Source: Hamiltosporidium tvaerminnensis FI-OER-3-3 (taxonomy: Eukaryota; Fungi; Microsporidia). From it: DNA of 64,000 nucleotides. Shown piece by piece: positions 25,400 to 38,106 of the stretch. Each line of letters opens with the position of its first letter. The stretch's first letter is position 1. The translations under genes and the position numbers were made by a program. The stretch covers positions 1-64,000 of the forward strand of contig CM061255.1 of NCBI GenBank assembly GCA_022605425.2, given 5' to 3'. The notes below the pieces were generated by a model that ran no database searches, was not told the DNA's origin, and saw nothing but the letters and a program-made list of their open reading frames with translations.

Positions 25400-27075
25400 T
25401 TTATAAAAAATCTGATATTTTGTTTCAGAATCTAAAATATCAAATTCTTCGATATTTGTTTTAAGTTCTTTTAAAAACTTTTTTAATTGGCAAAGCCACT
25501 ATATTATACAGCCTATTATCCAACCTGTTATCTAGACTACTTTTCAAACTATAGCAATTTTTATACACATCAAAAAGATTTATCAAGCATTTTTAAAGAT
25601 TTTGTATGAAACTTTTTTCTGAAATGTGATCCACTATGTTGTGCAGACAAAGATTAATATCTTGAGATTCAAAATGCTTAAAACCAGAAAGTAATTTTAA
25701 TACATCTTCTACTCTAAGATACAGGTCACCAGATGAAGACAACGAATTATCATATATGTAATAGTAAAGGGGATAAAATAAACGACCAGAATCTTCATCT
25801 AACAAAATATTTAAATTATTTTCTGTCATAAATAAGTAGGTTAATTACAATAAATATAATGTAAAATATCTCTCAAATAAAGAAAGACCATTTTTAAGGC
25901 CCAGATATATATGCATAAGTATTATTTTTATTGGCTGTACATTCAAGACAATTATGCTTTGATAAGAGAAATTTTTATGTGGCTCTGATAAATCATTTTC
26001 TGAAAACTCTATAAATTTTTGTAGCTGTTTTAAAAGTTTATCGTATTTTATAAAAAAATATTCAAAAAGAAATTGAACATAAAAAATATCCCTTTCCTCG
26101 ATCTGATCAGTTATATTATCTGCGTATAAAAAGAAAAATAGAATTAAATCATAAAAAATTGGGTAGCTTTTATATTCTTGAAGCTTGTCTTTGATTTTCT
26201 TAAATACTGAACCTTTTAATACTTTTTAAATTGATCTTTTGTAAAAATGGTATTGATTTCATATTCCCAAATTCTATTCGAAGATTCAATTATATTTTCT
26301 ATTTCATTAATAGTCTCATTTGTGGTTATAAAATCAATTTCCTCTTTTAAGATTTCTATCATATCGGTTTCTGAAAAATTTATAGGTAAATTACTTGAAT
26401 CAACATTGATAGTGTCTAAGGTAATCATTTTTTGAATCTGTTTTTTTAAAACAAGCAAAATTTTTTTTAAATTAGGTTTTTTTTGGTTTTTGCACATAAT
26501 AAAATCATATTGTGTTCAGATTTATATATGTAACTGTCAATTGTATTTATCACATTATTCCAATGGCCAGGATAAGGGGGCATAGGATTTTCTCCAGAAA
26601 AATTTTCAGAACTGCGTATTGATAAATCTATAGTTGCATCTTCTAGCACTGCATCTCCTAGGGGATTTATCAAAGAAATCAGTTCTGTGATTGTTCTATT
26701 ATGTTTTGCCTCTTTTATTTTACTTTTTTTTCCAGAAATTTCTATGGCCTGTGCATAAATTTCTTTTCCACTAGCCTTTCGTTTGCCTGCAAATAATTGG
26801 TGTTGAAACCCGGATGTGCTAGGTATTGATTCAAACGACTTATTTTCATAACTACCATATGAATGATTATAGGTATTTGAACATTCATTTTTTGGATTTA
26901 TATCGTCATTATACATTGCGCCTTTAATATACTCATATTGCCACAATTCTTCGGAACCACCATCATAACAGAGATTTTGTGTACATTCAATATTATCATT
27001 CTCTTCTATTGTTGTTACCTTTGCACAAAAGATGATATAAATCATTGTTCAAAAAATTATTAGTATTCGTGGCAT
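25400..27075 (-). pseudogene. Pseudogene paralog of the 5902-7592 secreted protein
   Basis: Shares IFCA, TIDSYIY, IIE.S..I..YE, IFY....F.L..DNITD.IEE, KIIL..I..G.KNG and PLY.YIYD.SLS..G.LY.R. Several frameshifts and stops. CCC motif before ATG 27075. Confidence 0.85.
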
Positions 27076-29087
27076 TGATAAATTTCTGGGAGTTATCAAA
27101 TTTAAATCTATAAAAAAAATTCATTATTCCAAAATTTGTTTATTCTTTTCTTCTAAAATCGAATATTTCGGTGCAAATTGATATTTTTTTTATATTTCGG
27201 ATTACTTTTTATTCTAATCTTCATGGATGAAATTCATATTCGATTATTTTATATTCTGTAAACATGTTTTTTTACGCTTTTTTTCTAAGAAAAATAAAAA
27301 TTATTTAAAAGCCACATTCTATAGAATAGATTCATGTTTCTTTTGTATTCAATACTATTCAAGACTCAATTTTCTTTTGTATTCGAAAAAATCGTTTATT
27401 TTTTCTTTAATGTTTACATTGCTAGGTCAAATTTACTAAATCTATAATGTCTAAATATCTATACTCGTTGGATTTTCATTCATATAACTTTCGTAATAAA
27501 AAAAACTAGATTTTTATTAACTCTTTTTGGATATTAATGATTTGTTCTCCTTTTTTGAAAATTAAATGTGTTCTAAAAATTTGAAATTCGTTAAAAAAAT
27601 CATTTTAAAAATATTTAAAAAAATACTTGGATTTTAGAAAAGAAATAAATAGCAAATGTTGATTCAGAATTTTTTTTGCATATAAGTTATTTTTTACAAT
27701 TTATTTTCGATTAAATAAGATAAATATATAATAGTTGTATTGCTGTTTATTAACATATAAATTGTGCCTATTATAAATCTTATTTAAATCGGCAGTAATT
27801 ATTTTTTTTTAAATTTAAACATAATGCTAAATATATAATGCGGAAGAAATGAATGGAATTTTTAAGTGTAAGATATTTGTTACGCATTAATCATAAATCT
27901 TATATTTTTAGAATATTCAAATTTTTCAAAAAAATCATAACTTGTGTTATTCTAAGAATCAAGAAAAATATAAAACTTGAAAATAAATTCATATTTTAAC
28001 GTATGTAATCTAATTTTGCCTTGAGTTGAAACGGAATTCCATATAAACAATCGAAATCTTAAAACAATTAATTACAGCTGAAAAATGAAAAATGCATATT
28101 TTATGATGATGTTAAATATACAAAATCCAGATTGTATGTATACATTGATTCTTTGATTAATATTCCGCTCTTTAGGCATATCAACCTTATTTTTTGGTTT
28201 TTTGATGTTTATTTATAACTTTATTTGTCAAATTGCAAACAATCAGATTTTTAATTCTCAAAAATTTAGAAAATCTGAGTTATAGTTATTTTTAGAATTT
28301 AATTTCTTTTAAATCTTATTGCGAATGATTGCCATTAAACAAAAAAGGAAAAATATTGTTATCGCGATGGTTAAAATCTTAAAACACTTATCCAGTTTGC
28401 CAATGAATTTCTAAAAAATGCTTTAAAGCTTTATAATTGCTGTTTGGAAAACGAATTTTCTAACATAATTTTAATAAAAACTCTGTAAATTACCTAAGAC
28501 AATTAACTTTTTTTTGAAAATATCCGGTTAAAGTATTATTTTGCGCAGACATTAGAACATAATTGCTAATATGATATTTATTTCAAACAGATATTTCATC
28601 GACTCGATACCTTATTTTATATTTTGATGTAAAAAAATCTGTTTGAGAAAAATTTTAATTCTATAAAAAGTAAAATTAAAATTATTAGCTAGCAAATATT
28701 ACCTTATCTAACTATTAAATGGATTTTTATAAATTAAACTAAATTTTTAGAAATTATTTCGAAATATTTATTTGATTACTAATATGTTCTGTTATAAACA
28801 CCAATATATTTTAAATGTATTTTTATGGTTTTTGGTTATCAAATTTAAATGAAAGAATGAAACGATTTTAGAATTTATTCTTTTCAATATGATTTATCCT
28901 AAATGTAATCCATGATACGAAATTTAAACCATTATTACTTTATAAAACACAAAAAACATTTAAATAAATATTTATTATCTATAGTAATATAATTGTGAGT
29001 GATAGAGGTGTTTGTTTTTGTTGAGTACGTTTCTTTTAAAAATTTTACTTCTTTTGAAGAAGTAGCAAGTTTATTATTGTTATAATT

Positions 29088-29302
29088 ACATTAACCCTGT
29101 TCTAGGTTATGCATAAATAGCTGCACCCCAAACACTTCATCGGTACCCTATGCGATACCTACATCTCGAAGTATTTCCTCTAAAAGAGGTGTAGGACTTA
29201 ATTAATGGCGATACTGTTGCCCATATTTCGTTAATGTCCGTTGCATGGGGTGTGATCATATGTAGAACTCCACCCTGGCATCCTCCAAGACTATGCAGCA
29301 TT
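29088..29302 (+). ncRNA. Unknown structured non-coding element, copy A
   Basis: GC-enriched island homologous along its length to the reverse complement of 38858-39073. Stems are conserved with compensatory changes and there is no ORF. Confidence 0.65.
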
Positions 29303-29713
29303 CCCACTTACTCTACACATTCCGAATCGAAGTAACTTATGGAAAATATATATATCTCGGTTAGTTACATAGGGTGTACTTAGACACTGAAATGTCATAC
29401 CATCAGGTATAATCTGCTGTGTAGCTTTCCTAGCTTTAAAAAACTTTGTTTTTATAATTACCAACCGCTAAGTCTTCGTACCTGAGTCAGCAAAGCTAGG
29501 TTTCCACGCTTTTACATGTAGTTACCTACAAGTTGCGCGATCCTCGATCTAGTTAGATAAAAACACCACAAAATAGATTTGTAGAAAAATTTTGGTTAAT
29601 CTGTAGACCTTCTCCTCCCCATGCAAATCAAATTGAACAGCCTAAAAAGTAGTGTTGTTTTATTCCTATCAAAAATTTAAAAAATGTATTTCATATAGTA
29701 ATTCATATACTCA

Positions 29714-29954
29714 TTCCCCACCATACCGGGAGCAAAATTTGCTTGGGGTATTCTCTGCTTGTAGTAAGAGGCGACTAAAAGGGACTGGTCTCCCATGTTG
29801 GGGCTGGGCGTAGAGCTAACAACCCACCGTTTAAAACCAACTTGTTAAGAAACTCGAAAAAGTAAAAAAATCTACTGGAAAAAGACTGGTGGGCGGTATT
29901 ACTGTGGGAGGCTAAGGCTCATGCAGGGCTGTAATGCCGAGAATGAATGAATGG
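29714..29954 (+). mobile_element. Short non-autonomous RTE-clade retroelement (5' UTR fused to 3' tail) with a 13-bp target-site duplication
   Basis: TSD attcatatactca (29701-29713) / attcacatactca (29955-29967). RTE-like 5' motifs GTAAGAGGCGACTAA and GGGCTGGGCGTAGAGCTAACAACCC. RTE-like 3' end GAGGCTAAGGC..GGGCTGTAATGCC followed by a (GAAT)3 tail. Confidence 0.82.
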
Positions 29955-30440
29955 ATTCACATACTCAAAAACAAGCAGATAGTCTTTTAGGTGGTTATTA
30001 TCCGACCACCTATAATATACTTATACTTTTAATTAAAATTAATAAACTTTTTTAGATTCTTTTAAAAAACATAGAGTTTATTAATCTATGCTCATAAGGT
30101 TTTATAATTCTATTAATAAATTTATTTCAATAGATACAAATTGATATTATCATTATTAACATAAATTTGTTCATTATTTTTGAAAATATCTAATAATTGC
30201 GGTTTTAAAACATAATTACATTCTAAAATGAGTTTTTTAATTTCCATATGATTCATTTACTATAAATAATTAAATTAAATGTAAATTTGCAATTCGAATT
30301 GTTTATAATTTTATAAAATACTCAATTAGATGTAAATAAACGTTATTTGGTTTGTCCTCATAAAAAAAAACAAATTATATTCTCATTTATATTTGATTGG
30401 ATATAAATATTATAAATTTCCCAAAAAAGGAAAAAAATAA

Positions 30441-31208
30441 ATGTTATTTTTGCTTATTTTAGAAGATACAAAATGTTCATATTTAACCGGTTTTTTAGAA
30501 AATATAACTAAAAACTATCAAGGTATAATAAAAAATCTGCAATTTATCCTACTTATTACTATGGCTTTATTTTTAATGTTGATTGGAATTCGATTTATGA
30601 CCATTTCGTTAGCAATATTACTTGTTTTGTTAGGAGTGTGTACATGTTATGATATCTTGAAAAAGGCTGAATTTGCTTATAATAATGGAAAAAATTTTCT
30701 ATTTATGCCACCAAGTACATATAAAGACTATGTCATATATGCACTAGAAAACCCTCATATTGTTCATCTAATAATTATTGTATTATCACTTGTTTTGGCT
30801 TCAATTATTCTTGCTGTTTTCAGAGGAATATTTGCTCTTTTGTATGGTATTTTACTTATATTTATATACAAAGAGGGTTTTCATATAACAGCTTTTGCAG
30901 AACTTGGAATTCAAAATGAAGTTTTAAGAGGAATAATTTTTGTAGCAATTGCTGTTTTTGGATTTTTTATAATTGCCGTAAAACTTAATGAAGTACTATT
31001 TGCACTTATATTTAGTTTTATGGGTTCTGTATTGCTTTTAATTACGTTAGAAGCGTTTTTAAAGCAAAAATGGGGATATGAGAGTGCTTTTCATGATTTA
31101 CAAAAGAAAGTTTTGCCCGAAATTCGTTCTGATTCACTTCTTATTTTGAGTATTATGATTGCCGTATCTTTTGGTATACAATTAAGTTCTATTATATTCT
31201 CTTTATAG
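30441..31208 (+). CDS. Multi-pass membrane protein, possibly DUF4203/TMEM198-like
   Basis: Intact 255-aa ORF with about 7 hydrophobic segments. The LIG.R and S..GS patterns recall DUF4203; family assignment is tentative. Confidence 0.75.
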   Translation: MLFLLILEDTKCSYLTGFLENITKNYQGIIKNLQFILLITMALFLMLIGIRFMTISLAILLVLLGVCTCYDILKKAEFAYNNGKNFLFMPPSTYKDYVIYALENPHIVHLIIIVLSLVLASIILAVFRGIFALLYGILLIFIYKEGFHITAFAELGIQNEVLRGIIFVAIAVFGFFIIAVKLNEVLFALIFSFMGSVLLLITLEAFLKQKWGYESAFHDLQKKVLPEIRSDSLLILSIMIAVSFGIQLSSIIFSL

Positions 31209-33785
31209 ATATTTTATATTTCTTATTAAAATAAAATCATTGCTTTATAATTTTTATTAAAAAAATCAGATATAACATTTAAATTCGTTTTTTATTAATT
31301 CATTTTACCACAAAAATTTACATTAAAGTACCAAATTATACTATGGATTAGAATTTAATAAATGGTTTTTAAAATTTAGTTTCATGGTTTAGAATCATTG
31401 AACTTTTAAATCCAATATTCTCTTAGTTAAGTATATTTTCCTTCGATTTTTTTATATTTTATTAATTCCAATACAAAAATTTTTAGCTAATTATCAAGAT
31501 AGTATTTGATTAAATTTTATAAAATAGTCTATTTTTACTTTTCCAAGGTATTACATTGTTTAGTAAAAACTGTTTTTTTGTTAATGATAGTAACGAATAT
31601 TTTTTTAACTAATATATCGAGATATATTACTCCATGTATTGATTTTTACAAAAAAAATGTACAAAGTTTAAATTTAATTTTAAATATCTATAAATAATTG
31701 TAATGTTTTTGAAATTACTTAACTATGCACTACCTTTATTAAACAATTCAAAAATTACTAGCCCAAATAGGTCTTAGAGAGGCGGTATAAAATAAACAAA
31801 CTGCTATGTTTCTAAATTTCTCTATATCTTTGTAGGAAATTAAATATTTTTACATTTTACAGAATTAAGTTTTTTTTGCTTTAATTTAGCTGAATGTGAT
31901 AAATAGAGCAAATATTGTATAATTTGCTATTTATTAATCTTTTATAAATTTAGATCTTAAAATAGTCCAAATATATTATCTATTTTTAAATTCTTGGTAA
32001 GATTGGGAAATTTACAGGTATAATTTAAATTTATGAGTATTAAGATACGATACAAAAGCTTTGAAATCTGTCGAATTATATCGAGGATTTAAACACGCAG
32101 AATTTGTCTCTTTCGTATGTAAGAAATATACCTGTATGATTTGCGATCGTTTTTTATTTTTATTCGAACATGTGAAATGTTTTAAATGGCATAAGCTTAT
32201 TATGATCATTTGCTCATTGAATATTTTGGGTTAAAGTTGCATCTTTGGTTCATTAAAGCTTTGATTTCAAATCAAAATATTTTCGATTAACAATGCTCAT
32301 CTTTAACTTTTTGTTCGTGGTTTAATAGAAAAATAAAACCGGCTTAATTTACTTAAAACGCAAACAAAAATATAAATGGTTTATCCATTCATGTTTAACT
32401 TAAAAATGTGTAAATTTTCGCTTTTTATAGTCACCAGGTCTTCTTTTTCATGTCTTTAATGAGAAAGATCATTAAATACCTATGATTTATACACAATGAA
32501 TTTACAAAAGAATAGTTTCAAAAAAAAAAACAAAATTCTCTAGATCGAGTTTAATGAACATATAAAGTATATATTTAGATACAAAAATAAATTCAAACGA
32601 AAATAGAATGTCAGAAATTTTGTCTAAAACAAATATCTACAGCTGAAATTATTCCAATATTAATAAAATTACAAACCTAGTTACTCCTTCCATTCTTTTT
32701 TAACTCTTTCAGAGTCGAAGATGACAAATAAAGGCTTCCAAATGGCTTCTTTTATTTTTTTGAAACTCTGGATTACAGGGTGTTGGCATATATATCTAGT
32801 GTCGTTCGAATCTCACCAAAAAGGTAAATATCAATAAAACAGCATTAAATGTAACCAATGATATTCTATACTATTTTTAAAATCATTGCTGTGTATATTT
32901 CACTTTTAATGTTTCAGATTTAAATTTATAATGCAATCAAACAATATATCTATGAATTCTTTCAATATCTGATAATTTTTAGCGGCATGTTTTTACTTCA
33001 AATGAAATTACTACTCTTATAAAAGAAATATTATAAAATCTAATCTTAAAATAAAAAATATCGTTATAATCTCAAATAGATAATGTCTTGTGCAAAAATA
33101 ACCTAAAAAAGGTTTTAAATCTATAAATTATACTCAATATTAAATTTAATAAATATATTTTCCACTGTAATATAACTATGAAGAGAAATATTAAAAATAA
33201 ACACCTTTCTTATTTCTATTGTCGATTTATCAAGGTTTACAAATATTAAAAATGAGGCTGAAAATAAAGAAAGTGAATGAATATATGCGGTCTTCTAAAA
33301 AATATATACAGTAATTACATTCTAAGGATAATATATAAAAAAAAGAAAATTATAGTTTTTTAACTTTTCTAAATGATTGTGGAAACAATATTGTAGTTTT
33401 TACAAACTAAATACAAAAAACTTGAGTTAAATTTTGAAAATTGAATATATTATAAATTATAATTCAACTATTCGTTAATTTTTTTTTATTAGGATTTTTA
33501 TTTCATTATTTGTTGCAGTAGCTGATTAATAAATGAATGAAATATTTATTTTGGAACAATTTAAAATCAAAAGAAGAATTGTTTCTTTTTTTCTTTAACC
33601 TTAATGTTCATCGAAATATTAGAACATTTCATTTATTGGATATCAATAGAAAATAAATTTATTTTGTTTTAATTAACTGTTTAATTATATTAATCAAATT
33701 ATTTCTCTTCTAAATTAAGAAAAACATAGAAGCATTGCAAATGAAAATTAAATTTTACAAAATCGAAATACGAAACAAGAATTTC

Positions 33786-36062
33786 ATGTTTTGTATGAAA
33801 CTTCTATTTCTAATAATTAGTACAATTAGTGGAAGTAGAAAATTTATTTTATATTTTCATAATAACGAATATTTGAGTATGGAAAATAATAAATGTCAGC
33901 TTAAACTTACCAATTCTATCAATGATGGATATAAATATTATCAGCATGAAGAATGCGAGGGTCGAAATATACTTGAAATTGAAGAGATAGATATATTTCC
34001 ATGTAAATTTGAAGGATATCAAGATAAAAAAAGCAATCCATGTATTTATCTTTAGATAGATACCAAAGTAATAAATTTGAAAGATTTTTTATATTTTATA
34101 AAAAAAATTAAAGAAGATGTCTTTCAAAATGTGAATTTCAGAATTTTTTTTACTGAAATTAAAATATTTGATTGTTTAAAGTTTAAAAATGATAAAAATT
34201 TGTGCAAAATTATAAGAAAGAGTTTAATATCTTTGATAATAAATTTTAAAAATGAAAATTATGATAAAGATTTTCAATATAAATATCATTTTTCATCAAT
34301 TATAGTAAAAAATATTTTAATTGAATTTTTAAAAATTTACTTTTTTAGTAAAAAAGAGTTGGATACGATAAATGCTACAGAAGAAATCAAAAGAGTAATT
34401 GCAAATTTCAATGTACCATTTTTTGAAAAAAATAAAGAATTTATCAAATTTGATTCGAATCTTTTGGTCAAAGTTTGTAAAAAAGCAAAATCTAATTGGG
34501 AATTTGCAACAATTTTAAATTGTATTTTTAAAAAAATTAAAATTAAAAAATTAATTTTAGGAAATATAACCGAAACAAATCATTATATAGAATTACCTTC
34601 ATTTATATTCCGTTCTGTCAAAGAATTATGTTTATTTAAATGTGAAGATTTTAAATTTCTATTTAATGAAAACACCTGTTTAATTTTTGAGCGAATCGAA
34701 ATTATTTATTTAATATTTTGCAAAATCTCATATTTTACAGAAAATATTTTTAAAGATTTGAAATATCTAACTAAAATCAATATTTTATGTTCCGAAAATA
34801 TTAAAAATACAGCCAGAAGCGAAATAGATTTTATTTCAAATGATTTATTGATGGAATTTTACAATGAAATGTCTAATCTATGTGAGATGCATATTTTTAC
34901 TGACATAGTATCAAATAATAAAAAATATGATTTAGGTGTACTTAATGCAGACTCTTTTAATATCACAAAGGAAACACCAATTACTAAATTTGATTTCAAT
35001 GATTTAAAATACCAAATTGATTCATATTATTGGATAACATTTACAATCATGTTCATAACTTTTGATCTTTTTATTTTTAATTATAAAACTTTAGGTTTTC
35101 TTAACATTTATATAGAAAACGTATCTATTGACGGATTGTTCTTTACAAATACACTTATTGTTCAAAATATAAGAAAAATCTTTATAGTTAAATCCATGGT
35201 AGGTCCAAATTTTTTAAAAGATATTTTGTTACTTCCAAAATTAAAAGATATAAATTTCATAAACTGTAAATTCAATTTTACTGAAATTAGAAGTAAATTC
35301 TGTCAAAATAATAGTATAAAACTGTGTAAAATTAAAAATTCAGTATCAAATAATGACCAAGAAATATTAAATTTTATTAAGAAACTAAATAATGTCGAAA
35401 AAATTTCTTTAAAAAACAATGAAAATATAAAATGGTTTGATGAAAACTTTGTATCTAAAAAAAATCAATTTGAAAATCTTTTTAGTTTGATTCACATGAA
35501 TTCTAATTCAACTGAATTTTTACCAAATATTTGTTTATTGAAAAGTATTAGGATACTTTCAATTGGAAAAAAATATAAAGAAGGTTCCTTATCAAAAATA
35601 TTTAACGAAAACGTTTTATTAAAGATTTCTGAATTAAGATTTAAAGAATTTGAAATTGGATCAAAAGATAAATTGGCATTAAGAAATTTTATAGGACTAA
35701 AGTTGTTACACATACATTCTTGTAAGTTTAAATCGTGTTTATTTTCAGATATTTTTGATCAAAAAAAGGAATATTTTATTGAAAAATTATTTTTAAAAAA
35801 ACTTGTTTTAAGAATTCTGGATATTTTTTTTATTTCTAAATTGAAGTATTTAATGAACTTACAAATTGATGTTATGCATATTGAAGATACAAATATTCTT
35901 TTATTTACAATGTCAAGATTTTTATTTCACAACAGTTTAAATATAAATATTCTAACCGCATCAAATTCAAAATCTATATTAAATCTTCTCAAAGAAGAAT
36001 TTAGCAAGGAAAACATTTCAATATATTTCTTTTATAATCTTGATGAATGGTTTGTGTCTTAG
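33786..36062 (+). CDS. Secreted divergent LRR-family protein interrupted by one in-frame TAG (34053-34055)
   Basis: ORFs 33735-34055 and 34077-36062 are in the same frame. Signal-like MFCMKLLFLIISTISG from ATG 33786. Degenerate LRRs (LKDINFINCKF, LKLLHIHSCKF). Confidence 0.75.
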
Positions 36063-37971
36063 TTTAAATATTTCATAGTTAAATATTTCGAAACAAAATT
36101 GACAGTAAAATAAGTTTTAAATATATTTTCTTCAGTTGTTTTCTTTTATCATTCTGTTCGTCAATAAGTGCCAAAGTTTTTATGATTGTAAATAAATTTT
36201 ATTTTATGAAATCTCTTGAACATTTTATTGTCATAATTATATTTTTTTGATTTACATTATACTTTAATAATTTCAGAAAAGACTTTTTGGATTTAAAGTG
36301 TCTTCTAGTAATTCAAATCTTGATGCTTTATATTATTTAAAAAGAATTTGTTTGATCAATTTTTTAGATTACTTTACAAAGTGATTACTTTTTAATTATA
36401 TTATTATCTCAATTAGATAGAAAGCATCTATTCTTTAAGTATTAAAACGATGCGAATAGAGTGATAAATCAATTCAAAAGTTCTAAAAGGAATCTTATAT
36501 GCAGTCAGTATTTATACACAATATATTCTTCTCTAGTTTATCAGAATACTTAAAGGATAAGTATCTATAAAAAACGCATTTCCTAATATCTTCTAATTTA
36601 TATTGTATTAGAAAGAGATATAAAAAAATAAATCACATTTATTCTTTATATATCAATTTGAGTTGAGTAATTTGATTTTTTACTATAAAGCAGACGAAAA
36701 ATATACATTTAAAAATTGAGGAAAATACCAATAGCTTTATAGTGTTTGAATGGTTTAAATAAATAACAATTTTTAAAATATACTTTGAAATAAGCATGCC
36801 AGACATCTTAATAAAATCTATAAATAAACCTCATTTTTGCTACTTAAATATATTTTCTACATCTAGAGTTAATTTTAACTGAATGGATTCTTAGATATTA
36901 GCCATTATATTTGTTATAATTTATATAAACTCATTTTAAGGATAAAAGATAAGTAAAATTATGGTAAAAATCTAATTTAAGCCTTGGAATTAAATATTAA
37001 GTTGGTTTTTAAAACATTCTTAAGCAAAAAATATGTGAATGATTGTTTTTATATTATATAGGAATGTTAGAATCTTTAAAATAATTATTATATTTATTTT
37101 TAAAAATAATGTATATAAGAACAACGACACCTATAAAAAGGGTAAAAATGATACAATCTAGACAATTAAATAAGATCAGCCAAATAAACAAACACAACTT
37201 TTTGTAAACCGACCCGTTATATATAGCCACCATATCTGCATTCGGTCTTTTGTTCTAAAAACAACACCAATATATTCAGATAAATATATTAAAGGAGTAA
37301 ATTTACTAACCATTTGTGTTATATACATTGTTCTGAAGAGAAGTTAACCAAATTAAAATCTATCAATTTAATACGAATGTGTGAAGTTGATTTTAATTTT
37401 ATTTTAGGAATTTTTGGTGGAAAAAAATCAACACAAAATTTTCACTTGTTCCAAGGAGATTTAAGTAAGGAGGAGAAACGGTTTACACAATTTGAAAATT
37501 CTTTTAAGAACTTATTTTGTAATTTTTTATTTAATCAGATTATAAAATAGTAGTTTTCTTTGTAAGTAATAGACACGTAAAACTATATAAACCTAGCCTT
37601 TCTCTCTCGAATTACAATAGATTTCACCTGAGAAATACAAAAAAAAACATTCTCTTTCAAAAATTAAAGAAACTTAAGTAGCAGATTATACCTATTGGTA
37701 TGACATTGTAACATATATGTTAATCAATATAAGTCACTGAGATATTTCATATCCGAATGTCTATTTAATTTGAATTGTGTAGTATAAGCAGAGAACTACT
37801 TCTACTCTTATACAAGACTGTTTCAGCCCCGGCATCACAGCCCATAATACCTATTCGAAGGAAAATTTCATTAGTTACTGGATTTTAATCCATTTCATAC
37901 ATTCTTTTACCTAAAAGCTTTTATTCACAAGTACTTAAAAACTACTTATGATGTATTAGAATAAGATCATC

Positions 37972-38002
37972 TATGTTAAACCTAGAACTGCGTTAATGTC
38001 AT
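37972..38002 (-). repeat. 31-nt exact fragment of the end of structured element copy B
   Basis: tatgttaaacctagaactgcgttaatgtcat is identical to 39043-39073. Confidence 0.9.
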
Positions 38003-38106
38003 AAAAAATATATTTAAGAGCTACTTATTTTAAAAAACATGGGTTATTTAGTAAATAAAATTATAAATCTAATATTCAATAATTCCTTAAATCAATAACA
38101 CAAGCT

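Noticed and set aside
29090-29135. Structured element as telomerase RNA (TAACCCT near its 5' end; closing helix plus terminal stem-loop layout)
   Set aside because: Only 7 nt match the repeat, they overlap a paired stem and they are not kept in copy B (TAACGCA). The conserved ACCCCAA would template TTGGGG, not TTAGGG.
29238-29302. Group I intron or lariat-capping ribozyme (AGACTA/TAGTC-like words)
   Set aside because: No complementary P7 partner in the right order, and no P3-P7 pseudoknot could be threaded in both copies.
29925-29940. SRP RNA Alu-like start GGGCTGTAATG
   Set aside because: Better explained as the RTE 3' end, and no helix 8 motif follows.
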